From: a virus
Strand: one strand, 5' to 3'
Virus record (IMG/VR): IMGVR_UViG_3300044705_000115
Span: 32,001 to 96,000 of that record
DNA length: 64,000 nt
A model generated the notes under the pieces. It ran no database searches. It was given only the letters and a program-made list of their open reading frames with translations, and was not told where the DNA came from. A program made the translations under genes and the position numbers. Below, in pieces: positions 47,251-56,843 of this stretch (position 1 is its first letter; every line of letters begins with the position of its first letter).

Positions 47251-47649
47251 TCAGCTTCCGAACCAAGGGAGGGGACTGGGAGACGCCGCAGCACAAGAGA
47301 TAGTGACACCACCGTACGTCGTCTGGAAGCCGGTTTCCGCTGCAGATTCGATGAGCGCTTCGACTCCCTCTTCGGCGGCTTCAAGCGCGTTGTTCCAGGC
47401 GAAAACCTCGGAGCGGATGCCCCGCTGTTCGTAGATGGCGATCTGCAGCTTCGCCTGGGCTTCGTCGGCCTGGTGATCGCGCAATGCCCCGAGACGCGCT
47501 GCATTGCCGCGTTCACAACCCTGCCGATTCAGATCGACGAGCTGGGTGGAGATGCCAGCGAGGACGGCGTAAACGACCAAGCCGAAGAGCAGGCTCAGCG
47601 TGAGCCGGCGCATCGTTGTCGGGTGCCTATCAGCGAAGCGGCGCAGCAC
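47251..47649 (-). CDS. membrane protein
   Basis: N-terminal TM helix; C.RGN..R motif. Confidence 0.55.
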   Translation of the reverse strand: MLRRFADRHPTTMRRLTLSLLFGLVVYAVLAGISTQLVDLNRQGCERGNAARLGALRDHQADEAQAKLQIAIYEQRGIRSEVFAWNNALEAAEEGVEALIESAAETGFQTTYGGVTISCAAASPSPLPWFGS

Positions 47650-47773
47650 CTAGAACCTCGCGCCGAGCAGCAGGGCGATGAGGTAGATGACGCCAAGCGC
47701 CAGCGCGAAGCTTGCATGGCTCAGTAGCCACGCCGTCGTTCCTGGGTAGCGGACACGCGCCTTCTTGACGCGC

Positions 47774-48085
47774 TCAACGGCTGGCGTCCTCATCTTCGTC
47801 GTCGCCGCCGAAGTCGATCGTGATTCGTTTACGCCGCTTCTTGCGCTCGGCCCTCTCGTCAGGAGAGTCCCCGCTTTCGCGCCGGCGCTCATCGGATTTC
47901 AGCCAGACTGGCAGGCCGATGAGCGCGGACGCGAGCGTGGCGATGAACGGCACCGCGCCCGTGGCGAACTGTCCGCGGCCCAACTGGTAGACGAGGAAGA
48001 GACCCGCAACCGGGCATACGACATCCCTGATCAGACGCCGGACCCCGGCGACTAGAAGCTCGAGGAACCGTTCGAGTCCGCTCAC
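47774..48085 (-). CDS. two-TM protein (holin-like)
   Basis: Two TM helices and a charged C-terminus. Confidence 0.5.
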   Translation of the reverse strand: MSGLERFLELLVAGVRRLIRDVVCPVAGLFLVYQLGRGQFATGAVPFIATLASALIGLPVWLKSDERRRESGDSPDERAERKKRRKRITIDFGGDDEDEDASR

Positions 48086-48172
48086 TCACTCGCCCGCCGC
48101 CGCAGCTCGCCCGTCCATGAAGGACAGATTAGATGCCGCAGCAGCAGGCTCCCGCGAATGAACTTTCTGTCG

Positions 48173-48382
48173 CTATTCGGTGATACCGAGCTTTTTCGCC
48201 ATTGCTTCTACGTCCCTGCGGAGCCACACGGTCGTCGCCTTCAACTCCTGCAGCGGTTCGGGCATCTTCCCCGCCTTCTGCCATCGACTGATCTGTGGAA
48301 CCCCCTTCTTCAGGATCTCCGCCGCCTCAGCCGCGCCGACGATGTCCTTGCGGTTCCTCCTGATCTTTACTTCCCTTTCCAT
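48173..48382 (-). CDS. AlpA/excisionase-like HTH DNA-binding protein
   Basis: IVGAAEAAEIL...MPEP...VWLRRDV. Confidence 0.7.
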   Translation of the reverse strand: MEREVKIRRNRKDIVGAAEAAEILKKGVPQISRWQKAGKMPEPLQELKATTVWLRRDVEAMAKKLGITE

Positions 48383-48683
48383 TCCTCTCCTCTGCCCGGT
48401 CCGACGACAGTCGGCCCGCGATCAGACTCGGCCCAGTCGTAGATAGCCACTGCCGAGTCGGTGACTTTGTCGACGACGACGAGGTTTGGAACCTCCGGGT
48501 TCCACGGCCCCCAGACCTCCGGCCACCACGCGATCTCATCGAACTCCTCGCCGACCTTGGGCGGCTGCGGGGATGGCTCGTCGAAAACGATGGCCCTCGC
48601 TTCCTGCTCACGTCCCTTCTTGCGGGCGAACAGGTAGACGCCGAGCAGCAAGCCGATCCCGCAGATACCGATTACGCCGGGCA

Positions 48684-49142
48684 TCAGCCAGCGCCCCCCT
48701 CAAGCAGTTCCAGAGTCCGCAGATACTTCCTGCTGAGGTGCGCCGCCTGCTTCGGCGGCAGCTTGCCCTGGCGCTCGGGGGAGAGGTTGTGTTTGAGATC
48801 GGCCACCTTGACGACGCTCGCAAGGAAGTTCTCTCGCACCCGCAGGACGTAATCCTCGTAAGGCTCGCCCGGATTTTGCGTGATCGCGCGGAGCGCAGAT
48901 GCCTGCTTTGGGGTCAACCAGCGGGGGTCTGCATAGGAGACATTCGGCCGCTCGAAGTCAACGATTTCGAGTTCGGTGTCCTCGAAGACATCGTGCAGCA
49001 GAGCCACGACCCGATAGTCCTCGCCGAGTCCGCGGACGGCTTCCTCGACAGCGACCGGATGGAACAGGTACGGCTCGCCGACCTTGTCGGTCTGCCCGGC
49101 GTGGGCATCGAGCATCAGCAGGTAGGCGTCCCGGCGATTCAC
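48684..49142 (-). CDS. HD-domain hydrolase (RelA/SpoT HD, small alarmone hydrolase-like)
   Basis: AHAGQ.DK.G.PY..HP, ALLHDVFED and VKVADLKHN motifs. Confidence 0.85.
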   Translation of the reverse strand: MNRRDAYLLMLDAHAGQTDKVGEPYLFHPVAVEEAVRGLGEDYRVVALLHDVFEDTELEIVDFERPNVSYADPRWLTPKQASALRAITQNPGEPYEDYVLRVRENFLASVVKVADLKHNLSPERQGKLPPKQAAHLSRKYLRTLELLEGGAG

Positions 49143-50668
49143 AGCGCGACCTCCTTGGCAGCGTCGTCCTTCAGGTCAGGCTCGGCGACCAGCGCCGCCG
49201 CCAGCCTCGCTCCGACCTTGCAGCAGGCGTCGTAGAACTCCTTGCTCAGGTGTTCCGCTGCCCACTGGTGGGCAAACTCGTGGATCAGTAGTTCGTGGGC
49301 GCGGTCGGAGACCTGCGACCCCTCCATTGCCTCCTCGAAGAAACGGTAGCCGAGCGCGGTGAAGTTGAAGGTCAACTCCGCCCTCGTCGGGCTGATCCTC
49401 TTCCAAGTGGCGTTGAACGGCCAGTCCCCGCGCTTCTTGGGCTGGGCGATCTTCACCGTGAGGTCGCTGACATCGAGGATGCGATGCGCCAGCTCCTTCG
49501 CGTAAGCAGCGAGTTCGGCGACGTAGGTCGGCCAACTCTCCTCCGGCATCAGGTTCAGCAGGTCGTCTCCGGCGTCCGGCTTGGGCGACGGGGTGACCTG
49601 ACCAGCAGGCAGCGCGGAGGCCGAACCCTTGACGGCCTTCCAACCCTCTTTCGAGAAGGCGCCTGCGGGGATGACCGTGTAGCCCTTGCTGACGGCGATC
49701 TTTTCGGCCTCGCGGTCGCTCGGGTCTGCGGTGACCACCTTGGCGCCGTACCGGGCAGTGACCACCGACTGAACCGCTGCTGGCGCGACAGCCTCGTCCT
49801 CAAGAGCGTCATCAACCCAGCGCTCGCTTGCGGTCTCTGCGTCGAGTTCGGCGTGTATCGCGTTGAGGACTGCCGCCCGCACATCGCGCAGGTAGCTCGG
49901 CGGCACGTTGTCGCGGTCGGTGTTCAGCGGCACCTTCTGGCTCACGTTTACGTGGTAGGAGTCGCCGGTTTCGACCACCGGTATCCCGAGCTCGTAGAGC
50001 ATCCCCTTCTCGTCTCCGGTCGGCTCGAAGACCTGCACCCAGGTCTTGCGCGTGGTCGGACGCAGGTAGCCCTCCTCGTCGGCCCGCTCCGTCCGCAGGC
50101 TGATCTGAAAGCTGTAGCGCGACTCCCTAGGGGGGATCTTCTTCCCGTTGAAGGTCGTCTTGACACCTGACGGCGGTATCAGCCGGAACATCAGCCGCTC
50201 GACCGCCTTGACCTCCTCGGGCGTCAGCCGCACGAACCCCCGGAAGGCGCTGCCTTTCGTCGTCGGGCGCGTCTTGTCCATTTCGCGGCCCTCGGCGGTG
50301 AACTTGACCAAGCCGGTCGTGGTCTGGATGGTGGCCGATTCGCACATGGCGATGACCAGCTTCTCGCCGAGATTGAAGCGCCCGCGTTTGGTCGGGTCGT
50401 CCTTCTTCTTGGAGTCGGCGAACAGGGTGTAGGCGTGGGCGATGTCGGCGAAGCCGTCCGGCGAGTCGTCGGTGACTTCGATCAGGTAGATCGCGTCCTC
50501 GCTCTCGGGAACGCCCTCTTGGAAGTCCAGCGCAACTTCAACGTTCTCGACCTTCTCGTCCCAAGCGTTCTGCACCAGCTCGGCGACAGCGAACTCCTTG
50601 CCTTTGCGCTGCAGGAGCTTCGCCAACCCCTCTTTATCGACCTCGAAGGTCGGCAGTTTCTCAGCCAT
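49139..50668 (-). CDS. GHKL (HSP90/RIIA-like) ATPase with C-terminal HExxH domain
   Basis: ELVQNAWD, DDSPDG, RGRFNLGEK; LLIHEFAH. Confidence 0.75.
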   Translation of the reverse strand: MAEKLPTFEVDKEGLAKLLQRKGKEFAVAELVQNAWDEKVENVEVALDFQEGVPESEDAIYLIEVTDDSPDGFADIAHAYTLFADSKKKDDPTKRGRFNLGEKLVIAMCESATIQTTTGLVKFTAEGREMDKTRPTTKGSAFRGFVRLTPEEVKAVERLMFRLIPPSGVKTTFNGKKIPPRESRYSFQISLRTERADEEGYLRPTTRKTWVQVFEPTGDEKGMLYELGIPVVETGDSYHVNVSQKVPLNTDRDNVPPSYLRDVRAAVLNAIHAELDAETASERWVDDALEDEAVAPAAVQSVVTARYGAKVVTADPSDREAEKIAVSKGYTVIPAGAFSKEGWKAVKGSASALPAGQVTPSPKPDAGDDLLNLMPEESWPTYVAELAAYAKELAHRILDVSDLTVKIAQPKKRGDWPFNATWKRISPTRAELTFNFTALGYRFFEEAMEGSQVSDRAHELLIHEFAHQWAAEHLSKEFYDACCKVGARLAAALVAEPDLKDDAAKEVAL

Positions 50669-50937
50669 GCTTCCTCCATCCCATTTTCTTGACTCGAAGC
50701 TTCGCGTTGATCGGCACCCATTCCTCCAAGCTCTCCGCGAGCTTTCGCCGCTGGCGCCAGTTCAGCCCCCGCACGTAGAGAGTCGCGTCGCCCTTGAAGG
50801 GGTCGCCGTGAATAACTTCCGCTTCGGTGGCACCGACGATGAACGCCTCACGCATCGCGTCTTCCGCAGTGAGAACGCCCATCGTCGGTCTTGCCCCGAA
50901 GAGGTTCCGCCAGAACTGCTCTCGCGTCGAGCGCACC

Positions 50938-51240
50938 CTACTCAGCCGCGCTCGCGGTTCCCTCGCCCTCCTTGTGGCGCTCGATCAGGTCGTAGACGCC
51001 GGGGCCGGTTCGGACGAAGGTGTCCTGCCGCGCCGCGCAGGTCGCCAGCTTCGCCGAAACGCTCTGCGCCGGGGTCTTGCCCTTGGTCACGACCTTGCCC
51101 TCGTCGAGCATCCGTTTCGTGATCTCCTGGTAGTGGAGCGGCCCCTTGGCCCGCGCGATGACGCGGCGGGCGCCCTCTTTCATGTCGATGCCTTTGGTCG
51201 TCTTGGCCTTGGCTTTCGACGGTTTCTTGGTGGTAGGCAT
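50938..51240 (-). CDS. HARE-HTH (RNAP delta-like winged helix) protein
   Basis: PLHYQEI...GKTPAQSVSAKL...FVRTGPGVYDL. Confidence 0.75.
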   Translation of the reverse strand: MPTTKKPSKAKAKTTKGIDMKEGARRVIARAKGPLHYQEITKRMLDEGKVVTKGKTPAQSVSAKLATCAARQDTFVRTGPGVYDLIERHKEGEGTASAAE

Positions 51241-51246
51241 GTCGGC

Positions 51247-51320
51247 CTCCTTGGTCGGGTTACTGCTGCACAGACTACACGATCCTGCTAACTTTGTTGG
51301 CGCTTCACCCCGACCAAGGA
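51247..51320. promoter_or_regulatory. divergent promoter pair, each followed by CCGACCAAGG
   Basis: Minus: TAGTCT...CCGACCAAGGAGG; plus: TGCTAACTTTGTTGGC...CCGACCAAGGA. Confidence 0.6.
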
Positions 51321-51339
51321 TCAACGAAAGGACGAGAAG

Positions 51340-52467
51340 ATGATGAAGCGACTGATGTTGCTCGTGATCGCGGCGCTGGCGGTTCTCGCCGTGCCGGCGA
51401 CCGCATCGGCGGCCAACCACAAGCCGAAGGTCTGCCCGGCGGGCAAGCACCGCAACGGCCCCAAGTGCGTCAAGAACCACACTACGCGCGGACCCGCTGG
51501 CCCCCAAGGTCCGGCTGGCGCCAACGGCAAGGATGGCAAGGACGGCTCGAACGGCAAGGACGGAGCCAACGGGATCAACGGCAAGGACGGAAAAGACGGA
51601 GCCAACGGTGCCGATGGACATGACGGTGCCACGGGCGCTACTGGCGCCACCGGTCCGGCCGGACCTACTGGGCCGACTGGCCCTGCGGGACCGACTGGTC
51701 CAACTGGCCCCTCCGGTCCTACCGGACCCGCTGGCCCTACCGGGCCGACTGGCCCCACGGGTCCGACCGGCCCTACCGGTCCGACTGGGCCGCAGGGTCC
51801 GCCCGCACCCCCGACCTACGGCAATAACCACTGGTCGCAGGTTGATCGCAACACCGAAGGGGACGCCAACGCCTTCCTGCGCGGCGGCCCTCTCGGGGGT
51901 GGCTTCGGCGCAAGTCAGGCGCCGCCGCTGGGCGAAGGCTCGCTCGGCTTCAATGTCGCCAACGGAACCAGCAAGGTCGATTTCGGCAACGAAACCGACT
52001 ACAACGGGAAGACGGTCGCCAGCCTGACGAAGGTCGGCTACTGGGTCTTCACGACGGCCGAAAACATCGGCTTCGCTGGCGGCGCTGTGAACATGCCGTC
52101 GATCCGGTTCGAGATCAACCCGCAGGGCGCTGGCAGCACGACGACGACCTACTCGACGCTCGTGTTCACGCCAACCGCCAACTCAGCCCCGAATACGTGG
52201 ACGCACATCGACGCGACCACCGAAGGGCTTTGGGGTCTGACCGGTGGCCAGTTCAACTCGCCCCCGACCTCGGCGAACTGCGGCCTCAACGGGCCGCGCT
52301 GCACCTTCGCCGAAGTCCAGGCTTTCCTTGCGACCGGAACCGGCGCGACGATCTACACCGCCGCTGTCGGCAAGGGCAAGGACTACCAGTTCCACGGTGC
52401 CGTCGATTCGCTCGAAATCGGCAACGACACCGTTAACTTCGAGCCGAACGGGGTGCTGGTCGAATAG
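51340..52467 (+). CDS. secreted collagen-like protein
   Basis: Signal peptide ending ATASAA; 35 Gly-X-Y triplets; C-terminal beta-rich domain. Confidence 0.85.
   Translation: MMKRLMLLVIAALAVLAVPATASAANHKPKVCPAGKHRNGPKCVKNHTTRGPAGPQGPAGANGKDGKDGSNGKDGANGINGKDGKDGANGADGHDGATGATGATGPAGPTGPTGPAGPTGPTGPSGPTGPAGPTGPTGPTGPTGPTGPTGPQGPPAPPTYGNNHWSQVDRNTEGDANAFLRGGPLGGGFGASQAPPLGEGSLGFNVANGTSKVDFGNETDYNGKTVASLTKVGYWVFTTAENIGFAGGAVNMPSIRFEINPQGAGSTTTTYSTLVFTPTANSAPNTWTHIDATTEGLWGLTGGQFNSPPTSANCGLNGPRCTFAEVQAFLATGTGATIYTAAVGKGKDYQFHGAVDSLEIGNDTVNFEPNGVLVE
51490..51804 (+). repeat. collagen Gly-X-Y coding repeat
   Basis: GKD/GAN/GPT triplets with 9-bp periodicity. Confidence 0.85.
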
Positions 52468-52495
52468 ACCGGCACGGCTCGAAGAAGGGGAACAA

Positions 52496-52525
52496 CAGAG
52501 AGGGGGCCGCATGGCCCCCTCTCTG
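52496..52525. terminator. 13-bp hairpin between convergent genes
   Basis: CAGAGAGGGGGCC-GCAT-GGCCCCCTCTCTG. Confidence 0.7.
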
Positions 52526-52534
52526 CTGCAGGAA

Positions 52535-52837
52535 CTAGCCGTTCGACTTGTCCTGCCACAGCACGAGGATTTTGCCTTCGCTCGTGTTCGTGGAGGTTTT
52601 GAACTTCCCCGCCGCCGGGATCGTCGGGGAGGCGACAGCGGCGAGTTCCGACGCTTTGCCTTCTTTGCCGACGAGGACGGCACCGACGATGGTGTCCTCG
52701 GTGGCGGCGCCGGTCAGCGTGAGTTCGGCGTTCGCCGCCCCGCCCGTCACGACGCTCAGTTTGAGGGAGCCGGGGAGGAACGCCGCGAGCGACGCTGCCA
52801 CCTGATCGGGCAGACCCTCGGTTACCAGTTTTGCCAT
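52535..52837 (-). CDS. small Ala/Thr-rich protein, possibly virion decoration
   Basis: GGAGGA RBS; beta-rich composition. Confidence 0.55.
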   Translation of the reverse strand: MAKLVTEGLPDQVAASLAAFLPGSLKLSVVTGGAANAELTLTGAATEDTIVGAVLVGKEGKASELAAVASPTIPAAGKFKTSTNTSEGKILVLWQDKSNG

Positions 52838-53111
52838 TACTTCCTCCGTATACGGGGGTGGTGTCTAGACCGCAGCAGGGTCTCAGGAGCCGCGGACGCG
52901 CTCGATGCGGACGGGATGGTCGGTGTAGTACTTCATCGCCCGCGATAGCTTGTGCGCCTCTCTCCGCGCCTCCTTGAAGCGATCTGGGAAGGACAGAACC
53001 AGCTCGCCGTCTTCGAGCCTCGGTCGGGCGGAGAGGATCGCGGCCGCCGCCACCGGGAAGTCGGCCTCCATGCGGAGCGCGAGGCCGCGCTGCACGTTGA
53101 CCGCCTCCTTC

Positions 53112-54971
53112 TCAGGCGGGGAGGTTTCCCTTTTCACGCTGCCGCTTGACATGGGCCGCCAGCTTCTTGATCCGGTCGGCGCCGTCGTCGCCCGCGCCTT
53201 CCAGCAGGGGACGGTCGGGGTTGACCATCGGTTCGCTCTGCATCCGCTTCAGGTTGTTGACCTCGGCGAGGACGGGGTCGCTGCCCTCGTTGGAGATGAG
53301 GAAGTAGGCGATGGTCTCTTCGATGTCCTCGTAGTCCAGCCCGGCGTCCTCAAGGCGGTCGCGGCGCAGGCGGCCGATGTCCTGGTCGTGGACGCCAGGC
53401 GACCAGTCGAGCTCGCCGAAGACGCAGACCCGGCACACGTTCTGGATGCCATTCAGTCCGGCGCCCGCCCGCAGCGACATGATCAAGACGCGGCTGGCGT
53501 TCTCGTTGGGAGCTTCGTAGACGACCTCGCCGTCCTCATCGACCTCGACATGCATGTTGGGTTCGATGAACCGTTCGGCCGAGACCTGTTTGACCTTGTT
53601 GGTCTCGTTGCCGGTGTAGAAGACCGGGTTGTAGTCGGCCAGCATCTCGCGCCAGATGTCGTAAACATCGTGATGCCAGCCAAAGAGGACGACCTTCTCC
53701 TCGGAATCCAGCAGCATCTTCACGAACTCGGCGACGTAGCGAGCCTTGGCCACGCCGGTCGCGTGGCGCATTTTGATGTCGATTTCGCCGGATGCCCGGA
53801 AGACCTCCTTGTGGTTGTCCGACTGCAGGATCGTGTCGGCGAGGTCGATGACGCCAGCGGTCAGCTTGAAGAGGATCTTCGGGTCGGTCTCGACGGCGTG
53901 GACGATCCGCTGCGTCTGCGGCAGTTCCTTGCCGACCTCGGCGCGGGTGCGCCGGAGCAGGATGCCCTGGTTGCGGAGGTAGGAACCCAGCGCCTCCGGG
54001 TCGCGCACCTTGAGTTTGTCGCCCGAGTCGCCCGCGCCCCACTCGGTGATGAACTCCTCGCGGGTGCCAAGGATGTCGCGGTCGAGGATCGAGACGACGT
54101 TGTGAATCTCGCCGCCGTAGTTGTAGACCGGCGTCGCGGTGCATCCAGCCCGGTAGACCGCGCCATCGGCGATGCGGGCGGCCGAGTCGTACTTGGCGGT
54201 GCCGTGGCGACGGAGTTCCTGAATTTCGTCGAACAGCACCGTCCTCACGACGCCGGACAGATACTCGGCCCAGCCAGCGATTTTCGCGTAGTTCATGATC
54301 AGCACATCGGGCTGGCGGCCAGCCATATCGCGTTTGGTCGCCGGGTCGTAGGGGGTCGTCTGGACGACGATGTGGCCGAGCAGGTCGGGGAAGGCGAAGC
54401 GCAGCTCGTCGAGCCACTGCTGCGTCAGGTGGGTCAGCGTCACCACAAGCGCTGGCAGCGCGTCTTCGGCCTGGAGGGTGAGGAGCAGGCTGAACGTCTT
54501 GCCCAGCCCCAGGTCATCGACCAGCAGCAGGCGCTTGTTGGCGATGATCAGGTTGGCGGCGGTGCGCTGGTAGTCGTAGGGCTCGCGCTCGGGAACGCGG
54601 CTGCCCAGTTTCGGTTCGCCGCCGGCGAGGATGCTGGTGACGACTTCCTCCTGCTTGATGTGGTCGCGCGTGCCTTCCTTCAGCCGCGAGCGAGCCGCCC
54701 CGTTCATTTCCAGCGGGTAGCGCTGCATGACCCAGGAGAGGTCGCGGCAGACCTCGTCGCTGTCGGCGATGAAGATGCGCCCGCGTTTGCCGCGGTCGAT
54801 CCGCATGAAGACGCGCTTGATCCGCATCATCACATCGGGCGTGGCTTTGATCTCCCAGTAGCCCCGGTCCCGCACGAGGACTTCCTTCGGGTAGTAGATG
54901 AGTTCCCCGAAGGTCTTCCGCAGCACGGCCCGCTGGGCGCGGGTCGAGTCGAGCGAGATGACCTCAGCCAC
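53112..54971 (-). CDS. SNF2-family helicase
   Basis: DDLGLGKT, DEIQ, TATP, GLN and QDIGRLRR motifs. Confidence 0.9.
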   Translation of the reverse strand: MAEVISLDSTRAQRAVLRKTFGELIYYPKEVLVRDRGYWEIKATPDVMMRIKRVFMRIDRGKRGRIFIADSDEVCRDLSWVMQRYPLEMNGAARSRLKEGTRDHIKQEEVVTSILAGGEPKLGSRVPEREPYDYQRTAANLIIANKRLLLVDDLGLGKTFSLLLTLQAEDALPALVVTLTHLTQQWLDELRFAFPDLLGHIVVQTTPYDPATKRDMAGRQPDVLIMNYAKIAGWAEYLSGVVRTVLFDEIQELRRHGTAKYDSAARIADGAVYRAGCTATPVYNYGGEIHNVVSILDRDILGTREEFITEWGAGDSGDKLKVRDPEALGSYLRNQGILLRRTRAEVGKELPQTQRIVHAVETDPKILFKLTAGVIDLADTILQSDNHKEVFRASGEIDIKMRHATGVAKARYVAEFVKMLLDSEEKVVLFGWHHDVYDIWREMLADYNPVFYTGNETNKVKQVSAERFIEPNMHVEVDEDGEVVYEAPNENASRVLIMSLRAGAGLNGIQNVCRVCVFGELDWSPGVHDQDIGRLRRDRLEDAGLDYEDIEETIAYFLISNEGSDPVLAEVNNLKRMQSEPMVNPDRPLLEGAGDDGADRIKKLAAHVKRQREKGNLPA

Positions 54972-55321
54972 TACAGGCCCGCACCAGCGAGGACGACGAC
55001 CTCCACGGGCTTGCCCGAGATGGTCTCGGGGATCGCGCCGTGCTTCGGCGTCATGGCGACCACCAGCACGCCGTCCACTTCTTCGCCCTCGATGTAGCGG
55101 CGCACCTGGCGTTCCACGCTTGAGCGGGAGCAGGTCACCTTGACCTCGATCGCCATGCCCTCGACGAGGAAGTCGAGCCGACCGCCGCGCACGCGCACCT
55201 CGCGCTCAAACGGCACCTCGGCGAGGCGCAGCGCCTCGGCGATCCCGTCCTGCAGGTCGTACTCATCCGCAAACCGATACCGGTTTGACCGGATGATCTC
55301 GGCGAGCTCCGAGAGCGTCAT
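54971..55321 (-). CDS. PD-(D/E)XK nuclease
   Basis: E..LQ...ERE...RLDF...IEVK...QV.RY. Confidence 0.75.
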   Translation of the reverse strand: MTLSELAEIIRSNRYRFADEYDLQDGIAEALRLAEVPFEREVRVRGGRLDFLVEGMAIEVKVTCSRSSVERQVRRYIEGEEVDGVLVVAMTPKHGAIPETISGKPVEVVVLAGAGL

Positions 55322-55379
55322 GCGATTCGAGCTGGCCGGAGGCTCCCAGGCCCCCGGCCCGCTCCCTTGGTCGCAAGTT

Positions 55380-55958
55380 CTAGGCGGCGAGCAGGGTCTC
55401 CTGGCCCACCGGGTCGGTCGGTTCGGCCAACCCCGCCTCGAGGGCCGTCTGCGCCTCCATCAGCCCGACATGGATGATGCAGCAGGCGTGGGAGAAGTAG
55501 TCCTTCCGGTCGGCGCCATCGACGACCAGCTTGTCGTCGAGGTACACGACGCCGGTCAGCGCGTCCTGCACCGCGCGGCGCAGCTTGTCGGAGTCGCCGG
55601 TCTGCGTCCGGTGCGGATAGGCGGGCGCGTCGGGCCGCAGCAGATGCGAGAAGCGCCCGGTACGGTAGTGCGACTTCGGCCGCGGCTCGAGCGAGAGGAT
55701 TTCCACCCAAACCGCGCCGTCGAGCAGAGGTCGGTTCCCCCAGGCCGCAGCGGCCTGGTTCGCCACCCTCTCCATCCACGGCTTCGTGTGGCTGTTCGCG
55801 TGGCGCTGCCGGAAGATCGGGCGCCTGGTCTTCGGGTCGAGGACGGGCCGGACGACGCCGTCGCCGTCCTTCCTCATCACCGGGTCTGCCGTCTTCGAGC
55901 CAGCCGGAGCGGCCTGCCCGGCGACGGTCATTTCGAGCAGTACTGGACCTCGCTTCAT
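55380..55958 (-). CDS. rusA: RusA-like Holliday junction resolvase
   Basis: G.AAPAGSK...DSDKLRRAVQDALTG..YLDD. Confidence 0.8.
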   Translation of the reverse strand: MKRGPVLLEMTVAGQAAPAGSKTADPVMRKDGDGVVRPVLDPKTRRPIFRQRHANSHTKPWMERVANQAAAAWGNRPLLDGAVWVEILSLEPRPKSHYRTGRFSHLLRPDAPAYPHRTQTGDSDKLRRAVQDALTGVVYLDDKLVVDGADRKDYFSHACCIIHVGLMEAQTALEAGLAEPTDPVGQETLLAA

Positions 55959-55991
55959 AGTCAAAAATGGTGATTGCCGCAGCGGACACCA

Positions 55992-56843
55992 TCAGCCTTC
56001 CCGCCTGTCTTCGCCGATGATTCGCCTGCCCTGGCAGTAACCCGCGATCCGAGAGGCGATGGGCGAGCCGAGCAAGTCCTTCAGTTCCGGGAAGCGCATG
56101 TTCGTCGTCAGCAGCAGCGGTTTGCCGTCGCTGGCACGGCCGTCGATCGCCTCAAAGAGCAGGTCAAGGGCGAACTCGGTCGGCTTGACCTTGTCGATCT
56201 CGTCCAGCACCAGGCCCATGCCGCCGGCGATGACCTTCTGCGCGTCGCGGCGAGCGTCGGAGTCGAAGTCGCCTCGGCTGTTGCGGATCAGCTTCGGCAC
56301 CGAGACCCAGCGGATCGGCATGATCGGCTTGGAGTCCAGCGGCAGCGCGTTCACGCGGTGATAGATCAAGCCCTGGGCCGCCACGGCGGCCAGCCGCGAC
56401 TTGCCGACACCGACGCGGCCAGCGAGAACCAGCCCCTTGATCTCGCCCCGCGCCCACGCTTCCGCCGACTCGATTGCCGCCACGCGGGTCGCTGTGGCTT
56501 CTGCAGCGGTGGCAACGACGGTCTCTTTGCCGGTGCGCTGGTCGCGGTGGACGACATCCTCGGGCTCCTCGCGCTCCATGTCGCGCCAGCGCAGGCCGCG
56601 CATCCGCTCTGGGAAGCGGGCATCGGCGACAGCGGAGGCGTAGATGCCGCGCTTCATCTCGCGCAGTTCCTTCGCCATGCGCTCGCCGCCGTCGTCGCAC
56701 TCGTCGCAGACGAGGACTTCGTCGAGCATCCGCTTCCACGGTTCGACGAGCGTGTCGTAGTCCTCGACCTCGACGGGCTTTCCGCAGCGGTTGCAGACCG
56801 GCACGGACTCGGCGGCCTCCTCGATCACATCGTGGACGCTCAC
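55992..56843 (-). CDS. DnaC/IstB-like AAA+ helicase loader
   Basis: N-terminal CxxC, GRVGVGKS, LVLDEID, LTTN and SR motifs. Confidence 0.85.
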   Translation of the reverse strand: MSVHDVIEEAAESVPVCNRCGKPVEVEDYDTLVEPWKRMLDEVLVCDECDDGGERMAKELREMKRGIYASAVADARFPERMRGLRWRDMEREEPEDVVHRDQRTGKETVVATAAEATATRVAAIESAEAWARGEIKGLVLAGRVGVGKSRLAAVAAQGLIYHRVNALPLDSKPIMPIRWVSVPKLIRNSRGDFDSDARRDAQKVIAGGMGLVLDEIDKVKPTEFALDLLFEAIDGRASDGKPLLLTTNMRFPELKDLLGSPIASRIAGYCQGRRIIGEDRREG

